Below, piece by piece: positions 8,947-16,483 of a stretch of DNA of 59,646 nt. The stretch spans positions 548 through 60,193 of the forward strand of contig CAZTIV010000008.1 in the NCBI GenBank assembly GCA_964613905.1, read 5' to 3'. The translations under genes and the position numbers were made by a program. This DNA is from an uncultured Gemmatimonadaceae bacterium (GTDB taxonomy: Bacteria > Gemmatimonadota > Gemmatimonadetes > Gemmatimonadales > GWC2-71-9). Each line of letters starts with the position of its first letter. Within the stretch, counting starts at the first letter, position 1. The notes under the pieces were generated by a model. The model saw only the letters and a program-made list of their open reading frames with translations. It had not been told where the DNA came from and did not search any database.

Positions 8947-9639
8947 CTAGGTCTTCTTCGAGGGGACCGGCGCGCCGCCCAGCCGGAAACCCACCCCGCG
9001 GACCGTCTGGATCAGGCCGTCATGGCCGGCATTGCGCAGTTTCCGGCGCAGGTTACCGATGTGCACGTCCACCACGTTGCTCTCGGGGTCGAAGTGCATG
9101 TCCCAGACCTTTTCGAGCAGCTCCGTGCGGCGAACTACCTTTTCCGGGTTCAGCATGAAGTGTTCGAGCAGCTGGAATTCCCGTGCCGTAAGGTCCACGG
9201 TCTTTTCGCCGGCGAATACCTGGTGCTTGAGCCGGTCCAGTTGCAGCGGCCCGAACGCGAGTCGCTCCATCCGGCCGGCGCCGCCCCGCCGCACAAGCGC
9301 GCGCACCCGCGCCAGCAGTTCGTCGAACTTGAACGGCTTGCCGAGGTAATCGTCCGCACCGGCATCGAGGCCGCGGACCACGTCTTCCGTGGCGTCCCGG
9401 GCGGTGAGCATGAGGATGGGAATCTTGCGGCCCTCGCCCCTGAGTTCCGTAGCCACCTGGAGGCCGTTCTTCTTGGGCAACATCAGATCGAGCAGGATCG
9501 CGTCGTACTCGTTCACGTGAGCCAGCATGATGGCCTCATCGCCGTCCTTGGCCACGTCGACGGCGTAACCTTCTTCACGCAGTCCCATCTCGATGAATCC
9601 GGCGACCTTCCGGTCGTCTTCCACCACGAGGATTTTCAT
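8947..9639 (-). CDS. OmpR/PhoB-family response regulator (CusR/CzcR-like)
   Basis: VVEDD, LDLMLP, LTARD, GADDYLGKPF, NVVDVHI..LRRKL, TVRGVGF. Confidence 0.95.
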   Translation of the reverse strand: MKILVVEDDRKVAGFIEMGLREEGYAVDVAKDGDEAIMLAHVNEYDAILLDLMLPKKNGLQVATELRGEGRKIPILMLTARDATEDVVRGLDAGADDYLGKPFKFDELLARVRALVRRGGAGRMERLAFGPLQLDRLKHQVFAGEKTVDLTAREFQLLEHFMLNPEKVVRRTELLEKVWDMHFDPESNVVDVHIGNLRRKLRNAGHDGLIQTVRGVGFRLGGAPVPSKKT

Positions 9640-9648
9640 AGTGAGCGC

Positions 9649-9703
9649 AAGCTATTCAGGGTGCGGTGATCGCCTTGTAAACCGGCGGTTAAAGGTTCTT
9701 TAA
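9649..9703 (-). promoter_or_regulatory. Candidate autoregulatory promoter: -10 TAGCTT with four 11-bp-spaced boxes
   Basis: On the plus strand: AAGCTA 9649-9654, then GTGAT 9666, GTAAA 9677, GTTAA 9688, TTTAA 9699. Confidence 0.5.
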
Positions 9704-10917
9704 AGTTCAGTTGGCCAGCGAGGAATGTCGAGAATAAACGTAGACCCTGCGCCCGGCTCGCTGGTCACAGTCAGGTCTCCCCCCATCAGGCGTGCCAGCT
9801 GCCGCGAAAGCGTGAGCCCAAGCCCGGTACCGCGCTGTTCGGGGGAACTTGATCGAAATGCCTCGAAGATCTCTGCCTGTCGGTCGGCCGGAATCCCATC
9901 ACCGCGATCCGACACCGAAAACGTCATGTGGGTGTCGGTGGCCCGGAGCTTCACCGTGACGCAGTCATTCTCGGGGCTGTGCCGCACGGCGTTCGACAGA
10001 AGATTGATCAGAATCTGGCGGGTGCGTTGAGCATCGGCACGACAGGGAACCGGGCCATCGACGTTTGCCTCTACCATAACGTGTCTTCCATTGGCGGTGG
10101 GTTCCACGGAGGCGATGGCATCAACCAGCAGTGCGGTAGCGTCGGCTTCCTTCGGGGCAAGTGCCAGGCGCGCCGCTTCCATGCGCGAAAGGTCGAGCAG
10201 GTCGTTGAGGAGTCCCAGCGTTCGCTCAGCCGAATCGTAGACCTCACGGGCGGCGCGCGGCCCGTCGGGCCCCAGTTTCCTCAAGAGCAGGTCGGACCAG
10301 CCGTACACAGCCGTGAGCGCATTTCGCAGCTCGTGGTTGATCATGGCGAAGAAACGGTCCCGCTGGGCCTGCAGCGCCGCCATCTCCATTACCATGCGAT
10401 CCGCCTCGGCGTAGAGGCGCGCGTTCTCCACGGCGACCGCGGCCTGGGCGGCAAGCATGACGGCAATGGCTTCGTCTTCTTTGCTGAACTCGTCGGCCCC
10501 GACCTTTTCTGTGAGATAGAGATTGCCGATGGGCCCCTTGCGTCCGATGATCGGTACGCCCAGAAAGGAATGCATGTCGGGGTGATGCTCGGGAAAGCCG
10601 TGGGCTCGCGAATGGCGCTCGAGGTCGTGGAGCCTGATCGGCCGGGGATCGGAAATGAGGAGACCCAGAATGCCCTTGCCACTTGGCAGCGATCCGATGC
10701 GGGCGTACTCCTCGGGCGTAACTCCGCTCACCACGAACTGGGTGAGTTGTGAGGCAGTGGAATCCAGAACGCCGAGCGCCGCATACCGAGCGCCGATTAC
10801 GTCACGGGCGGAGTCGACGACTTCCTGGAGGACATCGTCGGTGATCCGCTCGGCGGTTATGCGTACTCCGGCGCGGACCAGGCGCTCGAGTCTTTCACGG
10901 GGGGGCAGGTTGGCCAT
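9700..10917 (-). CDS. Cytoplasmic GAF-domain histidine kinase with DosS/DosT-type heme GAF
   Basis: ARYAALGV...IGSLPSGKGILGLLISDPRPIRL...GFPEHHPDMHSFLGVP...GNLYLT...ENARLY, then HELRNAL, NLLSNA, GTGLGL. No TM segment. Confidence 0.88.
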   Translation of the reverse strand: MANLPPRERLERLVRAGVRITAERITDDVLQEVVDSARDVIGARYAALGVLDSTASQLTQFVVSGVTPEEYARIGSLPSGKGILGLLISDPRPIRLHDLERHSRAHGFPEHHPDMHSFLGVPIIGRKGPIGNLYLTEKVGADEFSKEDEAIAVMLAAQAAVAVENARLYAEADRMVMEMAALQAQRDRFFAMINHELRNALTAVYGWSDLLLRKLGPDGPRAAREVYDSAERTLGLLNDLLDLSRMEAARLALAPKEADATALLVDAIASVEPTANGRHVMVEANVDGPVPCRADAQRTRQILINLLSNAVRHSPENDCVTVKLRATDTHMTFSVSDRGDGIPADRQAEIFEAFRSSSPEQRGTGLGLTLSRQLARLMGGDLTVTSEPGAGSTFILDIPRWPTEL

Positions 10918-11272
10918 AGCTCCCCTGAAAGTTACGCCTCCGACGGCGTTTGAGAATACGAACGGCCGGCGCAGGGGGCTGATTGAACCGGCTCAGCCAG
11001 CGAGTCACGACCTGCTGGATCGGTACCGGATTCAGGTGATTCGTGCGGGTTCTCGTGTGCCGGCTACTGACAATCAGGTCCGCACTCTCCAGCACCTTGA
11101 GGTGTTGCATGACCGCGAATCGGAAAGTCCATGGGGCCGGAATATTCCGGTCAAGCTCGTTGGTGGAATACGGGCGCCTGCTCAGCAACTCCAGGATCCG
11201 GCGCCGGCATGGGTTGGCCGGCGCGCTGAGCAGCTGGTCCAGTCCGTCACGGGAACTGCGAGGTCGCGACAT
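10895..11272 (-). CDS. ArsR/SmtB-family transcriptional regulator (possibly degenerating)
   Basis: RRRILELL, RFAVMQHLKVLESADLI, LNPVPIQ..V.RWL. Several normally conserved positions differ, and the 3' end overlaps the kinase start by 23 bp. Confidence 0.7.
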   Translation of the reverse strand: MSRPRSSRDGLDQLLSAPANPCRRRILELLSRRPYSTNELDRNIPAPWTFRFAVMQHLKVLESADLIVSSRHTRTRTNHLNPVPIQQVVTRWLSRFNQPPAPAVRILKRRRRRNFQGSYGQPAPP

Positions 11273-11300
11273 GTGACAAAAAATATTACATGTCGCGACC
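11262..11300. promoter_or_regulatory. 13-bp perfect inverted repeat over the ArsR start codon (putative operator)
   Basis: GGTCGCGACATGT-gacaaaaaatatt-ACATGTCGCGACC. Confidence 0.65.
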
Positions 11301-11324
11301 CCTGTATAACACCCCACACGCCGG

Positions 11325-12278
11325 TCAGCGGTTGGCGGTCCGCCTCTTCGGTTTCCGTCCCGCGGGTCTCCGTCCCGCGCCGCGCCGCCGCCGGCTGCTG
11401 GTTGGTCCCACTACCGGTATCACGAGAATGGTGGCCGGGAGTGTGTTGAGCAACCGCTCCGTGGTGCTGCCCAGCAGAATCCGGTCCACCCAGCCTTTTC
11501 CGTGCGACCCCACCACCAGCAGATCCACGCCGCGTTGCTGTATTTCGCGCGCAAGGGTTGGCGCCGCAAGGCCGCGCAGGATGCTGGTCTCTGCCTGCGG
11601 ATAGGTTACCAGTGGCCAGACATACTGTTCGCAATGTTCCCGGGACCGTTCGTACGACTCGGTCTCGTAGAGTGTCAACGGGATCTCCGTCCCCACCGGC
11701 GCCGGCTCCACGAGGTGGACCACGTCGAGTTGCGCGTTGAACAGCCCGGCGTATCGCTCGGCCTGATTGATGACCGTACGCGCCGCGTCCGAGAGATCAA
11801 CGGCGGCCATCACTCGCTTGATGTGCGATGTAGCGCCGGCGGTGACAAGCATCGGTACGTCCAGCGTGCGCGAGAGCGCGTGGGCCGTGCTGCCTCCAAC
11901 CCAGCGGCCCAGCACCGAGTGATGCTTGCCGCCCACAACCACGAGTTCCGCATCCAACTCGGCGGCGGCATGCCGGATCACCACCGGCGGCCGGCCGATC
12001 CGCACGTCCAGCGTCCTGAGCGCAGGGTCGGGCACGCGGTCCCGCATGGCGGCCTCGATCCGCGACCGTGCTCCCTCCATCGTGAACCGATCGAGGTCGG
12101 CGGGCGTGAATGCAAAGTGATGAGGTGCGGTCGGGACAGGCCATGGTTCCGGAGTTGCGTGTACCAGGCGGCACGCAACACCAGCCTGTGACGCAATCGT
12201 CCACGCGGCGACCACCGCATCCGTGGACGCAGGAGTCTCGTCAACACCGACCACGATGGGTTTCCAGGTACTGGTCAT
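11325..12278 (-). CDS. Tandem-domain universal stress protein
   Basis: Two USP domains: IVVGVD...LVVVG...VGGSTA and VMAAVD...LLVVGSHG...LLGSTTERLL. Confidence 0.93.
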   Translation of the reverse strand: MTSTWKPIVVGVDETPASTDAVVAAWTIASQAGVACRLVHATPEPWPVPTAPHHFAFTPADLDRFTMEGARSRIEAAMRDRVPDPALRTLDVRIGRPPVVIRHAAAELDAELVVVGGKHHSVLGRWVGGSTAHALSRTLDVPMLVTAGATSHIKRVMAAVDLSDAARTVINQAERYAGLFNAQLDVVHLVEPAPVGTEIPLTLYETESYERSREHCEQYVWPLVTYPQAETSILRGLAAPTLAREIQQRGVDLLVVGSHGKGWVDRILLGSTTERLLNTLPATILVIPVVGPTSSRRRRGAGRRPAGRKPKRRTANR

Positions 12279-12314
12279 GTGGTTACTCCACTTGAGTAGT
12301 TGTCTTGCGGCTTC

Positions 12315-12368
12315 ATCCTACGGTACGGGCGATGAACCCCCGGCTAAAGCTTCATGAAGGCGGATTAA
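12315..12368 (-). promoter_or_regulatory. Candidate usp promoter: -10 TAGGAT with four 10-11-bp-spaced boxes
   Basis: On the plus strand: ATCCTA 12315-12320, then ATGAA 12332, GCTAA 12343, ATGAA 12354, ATTAA 12364. Confidence 0.5.
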
Positions 12369-12472
12369 GGGACAAATCATGGGTTGTTGACCCCTCCCGT
12401 TCTATGCTACGGATGCTGCAACCGACCGCCCGTACGATGCCTGTGCGGGTACTTCCAGACGGGAGGCATACC

Positions 12473-12874
12473 ATGCGTGTAGCCGAGCTGATGATCACTG
12501 ATCTCAAGACCGTAGGACCGGACGCCCCGGTGGCCGAGGCAGTCACCACCATGGCGGACGCCCACGTGTCGGCGCTGCCTGTGGTAGATCGCAAGGGCCG
12601 CCTGATCGGCGTCATCTCGGCCACAGACGTGTTGCGGGCCACGGCCGAGTCAGGTAACGGAAAGGAGCGGGAACAGGTGTTCGACGACACTCCGATCCGG
12701 GAACTGATGACACCTCGTCCGGCCACGGTGTCGCCCGACGCCGACGTCCGCGAAGCGGCGCTGCCGATGCTGTACCTGGAAGTGCACCGGCTCTTCGTCG
12801 AAGATGACGACCGGCTGGTGGGAGTGATCTCGCAGAGCGACATAGTTCGGGCGGTTGCGACGGCCAAAATCTGA
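12473..12874 (+). CDS. Stand-alone CBS-pair protein
   Basis: ATG 12473 after GGGAGG. VAELM, LPVVD..GRLIGVIS..DV, IRELM, LVGVISQSDIV. Confidence 0.92.
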   Translation: MRVAELMITDLKTVGPDAPVAEAVTTMADAHVSALPVVDRKGRLIGVISATDVLRATAESGNGKEREQVFDDTPIRELMTPRPATVSPDADVREAALPMLYLEVHRLFVEDDDRLVGVISQSDIVRAVATAKI

Positions 12875-12896
12875 GAAGTCTTGCGCGGGAGGTACG

Positions 12897-13337
12897 ATGA
12901 AAATCGCCAAGAGCATTCCCACTCCGCTGGCAGTGCGGCATCCCATGGACCGGCTGTTCGACCGCCTGTTCGAGGGACGGTTCAACGGGATCGACTTCCC
13001 CAATGTCGAGACCCTCTGGGCGCCGCCGGTGGACTTCGCCGAGACGGAAAAGGATTACGTCGTCCGGATCGAGGCTCCGGGCATGACGCGTGAGGACTTC
13101 GATGTCAATCTCGAGGGCCATCTGCTGACACTGTCCGGCCGCAGAGAATTCAGCAAGGATGAAGAGACCGAGGAGATGATCTGGCGGGAGCGGGAGCAGG
13201 GTGCGTTCGTGCGCTCGATCCGCCTGCCGAAGGCGGTCCGCCCGGACAAGGTGGACGCGGTATACGCCGACGGCGTGCTGACGGTCCGCCTCCCCAAGGC
13301 GGAACCGACACCGAAGAACAAGATCCCCATCAAGTAG
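12897..13337 (+). CDS. Hsp20/alpha-crystallin small heat-shock protein
   Basis: ATG 12897 after GGAGG. PPVDFAET, LTLSGRR, RER..GAFVRSIRLP, A.YADGVLTVRLPK, C-terminal IPI. Confidence 0.95.
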   Translation: MKIAKSIPTPLAVRHPMDRLFDRLFEGRFNGIDFPNVETLWAPPVDFAETEKDYVVRIEAPGMTREDFDVNLEGHLLTLSGRREFSKDEETEEMIWREREQGAFVRSIRLPKAVRPDKVDAVYADGVLTVRLPKAEPTPKNKIPIK

Positions 13338-13354
13338 TGTCGGGGGATCGATTC

Positions 13355-13392
13355 AAGCCCCCCGGTGGCCGACGGGCCATCGGGGGGTTTTC
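13355..13392 (+). terminator. Rho-independent terminator after hsp20
   Basis: CCCCCCGGTGGCC-gacg-GGCCATCGGGGGG followed by TTTT. Confidence 0.8.
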
Positions 13393-13400
13393 TTGAGCCC

Positions 13401-15218
13401 GTGGGTATCACGCTGATTCGTCGCTACCCCATAGCCGCTGCCGCCACGCTCGGGATGGTGGGCGGTCTGTTGGCGCTTTTCCCGTTCCGCGTCCCCGCCG
13501 TTGCGCAGGCCATCTTCTTTGCTACGCTGGTTGGGGCGGGCGCGCCGCTGGTGATCCGGACCGCCGCCGGACTGATTCGCGGCCGGTTTGCCGCGGACGT
13601 TGTTGCCACCCTCGCGATCGTGACGGCGGTGATCCTGGGTGAGTACTTCGCCGGCACCGTCATAGTGCTGATGCAGTCCGGCGGCGAAGCCCTGGAGGAC
13701 TACGCGCTGAAACGCGCGTCCATGTCCGTGGAAGCCCTGGTGGCGCGCGCTCCAAAGCTGGCTCGAAGGCTGGTGGACGGTTCGATGGAGGAGATCGCGG
13801 CGACGGAAGTGCGCGTGGGGGACCTCCTCGTGGTGCGGCCGGGCGACCTGGTGCCGGTTGACGGCGAGGTAGTCAGCGGGCAATCGGCGGTCGATCAGTC
13901 GGCTTTGACCGGCGAGCCGATGCCGGTACATGCTGAACCGGGAACAGAACTCTACAGCGGCGGCGTCAACCTGGACGGAGCGCTCACCCTCAAGGCAATC
14001 CGCACGGCGGTGGAGAGCCAGTACCAGCAGATCGTGCAACTGGTGGAGCGGGCGCGACTGGAAAAGCCTCCCATGGAGCGGCTGGCGGATCGGGCCGCAG
14101 TATGGTTCACGCCCGCGACGCTCATCATGTGCGGCGTTGCCTGGCTCATCACATCGGATCCCACGGCCGTTCTGGCGGTGCTCGTGGTGGCCACGCCATG
14201 CCCGCTGATCCTGGCAACTCCCGTAGCTGTGATAGCGGGAATCAACCGCGCGGCGGATCGCGGCGTCATAATCAAGACGGGCTCGGCCATCGAGCAGGTG
14301 GGGCGGGCAGGAGTTGTGGTGTTTGACAAGACCGGTACGCTCACCGAAGGCCATCCCACGCTTTCCTCCGTGCGCACCTTTCACCGTCTTCCGGAGCACG
14401 AGGTACTGAAGCTGGCAGCTTCAGTAGAGCAGCTGACCTCTCATCACCTGGGTACCGCCGTGGTGGCCGCCGCCCGGGAGCGCAATGTACCGCTGGCCGA
14501 ACCCCTTGAGTTCGACGAGCACGCAGGCCTTGGGGTTCACGGCCGGGTGGACGGCAGATTCGTGATCGTGGGCACCGCCGGGCTGTTGCGGGAACACGGG
14601 GTTACCGTGGACGCGGCGCCCCTCGATGGTACGGTCGCCTGGGTTGGGGTGGACGGTGAGCTGGTGGGTGCCCTGGTATTCGCCGATCGGATCCGGCCCG
14701 AGGTTCCCGCGCTCATGCGGCAACTCCGTGACCTCGGTATCGGACACACGGTTATGCTTACCGGAGACCGCCGGGAAAACGCCGAGGCAGTTGCCGCGGA
14801 GGTGGGGATAGCCGAGGCGCACGCAGATCTGCTGCCCGGCGACAAGGTACGAGTGGTGGGATCGCTCAAACGCGAGCACGGCACGGTTGTGATGGTTGGC
14901 GACGGGATCAACGACGCGCCGGCACTGGCCGCGGCGGCCGTGGGCATAGCCATGGGGGCGCACGCTCCGGCCGCATCTTCCGCGGCAGCCGACATCGTGC
15001 TGGTCGTGGATGACGTCTCGCGTGTTGGTGATGCGATCACCGTGGGGCGGCGCACACGGCGGGTGGCGCTTCAGAGCATCGGGATCGGGATGGGAGTGAG
15101 CTTCGCGCTGATGTGGGTAGCGAGTTTCGGGCACATCACGCCGGCGCTCGGAGCGGTGCTGCAGGAGATTCTGGATGTGGGAGTGATCCTGAATGCACTG
15201 CGCGCCAGGCGGAACTGA
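13401..15218 (+). CDS. Heavy-metal P1B-type ATPase, P1B-5 subclass, without hemerythrin or N-terminal metal-binding domain
   Basis: TGEP, TPCP in the TM helix, DKTGTLT, GDGINDAPAL, QSIGIGMGVSFALM (Qx4Gx3Sx3M), QEILDVGVILN (QEx2Dx5N). Start GTG 13401 is uncertain. Confidence 0.9.
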   Translation: MGITLIRRYPIAAAATLGMVGGLLALFPFRVPAVAQAIFFATLVGAGAPLVIRTAAGLIRGRFAADVVATLAIVTAVILGEYFAGTVIVLMQSGGEALEDYALKRASMSVEALVARAPKLARRLVDGSMEEIAATEVRVGDLLVVRPGDLVPVDGEVVSGQSAVDQSALTGEPMPVHAEPGTELYSGGVNLDGALTLKAIRTAVESQYQQIVQLVERARLEKPPMERLADRAAVWFTPATLIMCGVAWLITSDPTAVLAVLVVATPCPLILATPVAVIAGINRAADRGVIIKTGSAIEQVGRAGVVVFDKTGTLTEGHPTLSSVRTFHRLPEHEVLKLAASVEQLTSHHLGTAVVAAARERNVPLAEPLEFDEHAGLGVHGRVDGRFVIVGTAGLLREHGVTVDAAPLDGTVAWVGVDGELVGALVFADRIRPEVPALMRQLRDLGIGHTVMLTGDRRENAEAVAAEVGIAEAHADLLPGDKVRVVGSLKREHGTVVMVGDGINDAPALAAAAVGIAMGAHAPAASSAAADIVLVVDDVSRVGDAITVGRRTRRVALQSIGIGMGVSFALMWVASFGHITPALGAVLQEILDVGVILNALRARRN

Positions 15219-15265
15219 CCGCCGCCGGTGCGGTCAGGCGTTGAGATGCGCGCTATATTCCTGAC

Positions 15266-15634
15266 ATGCGTTCAGTGCGCGGCGTCCTGCTCGCCGTGGT
15301 CGCGGGTACCGTCGCGTTCCTTCCTGTGACGGGTTGGGGCGCTCCGGCGCCAAGCCACTGCTCGGCCCACAACGAGCCCACGTCGCCGGTATCGGCGCAT
15401 GAGCGCGAGCACTCCCGGGAAACCGCCGAGTCCGGACACGACGACTGCCGCCACTGCCCACCTGATCGTTGTGACCTGCACACGGCATGCGTGGACCTGG
15501 TGCAGGTTGCGCCGCCGCCGCCCGGCGAACCCATGGTATGCGTAACGGGCACCCATTTCGGATACAGGGTGCCGGTCCCACTTAACTCCCATACCTTCAA
15601 GCCCCCCACGCCACCGCCTCTGCTCCAGTTGTAA
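15266..15634 (+). CDS. Small exported Cys/His-rich protein with C-terminal polyproline (DUF2946/CutF-like leader-arrest candidate)
   Basis: N-terminal hydrophobic signal, HEREH, HDDCRHCPPDRCDLHTAC, ends FKPPTPPPLLQL. TATATT (15254-15259) lies 6 nt before the ATG, consistent with a leaderless mRNA. Confidence 0.7.
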   Translation: MRSVRGVLLAVVAGTVAFLPVTGWGAPAPSHCSAHNEPTSPVSAHEREHSRETAESGHDDCRHCPPDRCDLHTACVDLVQVAPPPPGEPMVCVTGTHFGYRVPVPLNSHTFKPPTPPPLLQL

Positions 15635-15675
15635 ACCTGGGATCCGTCGTTTTCCTCAACCGGACAAGGAGCAGA
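15619..15675 (+). promoter_or_regulatory. Anti-Shine-Dalgarno / SD stem sequestering the RBS of the downstream gene
   Basis: TCTGCTCC (15619-15626) is the exact reverse complement of GGAGCAGA (15668-15675). Confidence 0.6.
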
Positions 15676-15679
15676 AGTG

Positions 15680-16483
15680 ATGGCATACTTGAGAAGCCCC
15701 GCTTGCGCGGCGTTGCTGGGTATATGCGTGGCGGGTGGTGTCGCGGCGCAGACAGATTATCGCAACCTCGATGCCGATCGGCCCGTGAGCACCGAGGACG
15801 CGCATCCGGTGGAACGGCACGCTTTCGAGTTCGTGTTGCCGTATCAGCTGGATCGAGAACCCGGTGGAGGCACCCGACACCTCGTCGTGCCCGAGCTCAC
15901 GTACGGGGTGTTACTGAACGGCCACGTGGGGGTCAAAGTGCCGGTAGCGGCGGTTCACTCGCCGGGGAGTAGGGAGTGGGGGGTTGCCGGTGTACGGGTG
16001 TTCGGTCTCTACAACTTCAACGTGGAGTCTGCCGCGCTGCCGGCGCTGGCGGTGCGTGCGGACGTCCAGCTCCCGGTGGGAAACCTTGGAACGGATGCAT
16101 TCAGGGCGTCGTTCAAGGCCATCGCTACCCGTGCCTGGGGCCGCAGTCGCATTCACCTGAACGGCGCATATGCCGTCGGTCGTGCCGGCGTGCCCGCGGC
16201 CGCCGAGCACCTGCCGGGTTGGTCGGTGTCCGGCGCTCTGGATCGGACGTTTTACCGGCGTAGCCTGCTGACGATCGGTGAGGTGCGGGTGCACCGTCTG
16301 GTTGAGGGCGCACCCATCGAAGCCACCGCGGCCGCAGGTGTGCGCTACCAATGGGGGCCGAGCACCGTGCTCGACGCTGGCGTCGCCCGGCGCCTGCGCG
16401 GGGATGTTGGTCCCGACTTCGCCGTCACGATCGGTGTCACGAGCGCTTTCGCTCTGCGCGCCTTCATGGGAGGTGCCCCATGA
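15680..16483 (+). CDS. Putative outer-membrane beta-barrel channel (MetA-pathway/transporter-like)
   Basis: Signal peptide VAA-QT, DADRPVSTEDA N-terminal motif, alternating hydrophobic beta strands, near-terminal GVTSAF. Confidence 0.65.
   Translation: MAYLRSPACAALLGICVAGGVAAQTDYRNLDADRPVSTEDAHPVERHAFEFVLPYQLDREPGGGTRHLVVPELTYGVLLNGHVGVKVPVAAVHSPGSREWGVAGVRVFGLYNFNVESAALPALAVRADVQLPVGNLGTDAFRASFKAIATRAWGRSRIHLNGAYAVGRAGVPAAAEHLPGWSVSGALDRTFYRRSLLTIGEVRVHRLVEGAPIEATAAAGVRYQWGPSTVLDAGVARRLRGDVGPDFAVTIGVTSAFALRAFMGGAP

Noticed and set aside
7624-9669. 681-aa plus-strand ORF
   Set aside because: Antisense shadow of the kinase and regulator genes in high-GC DNA, with no recognisable motifs.
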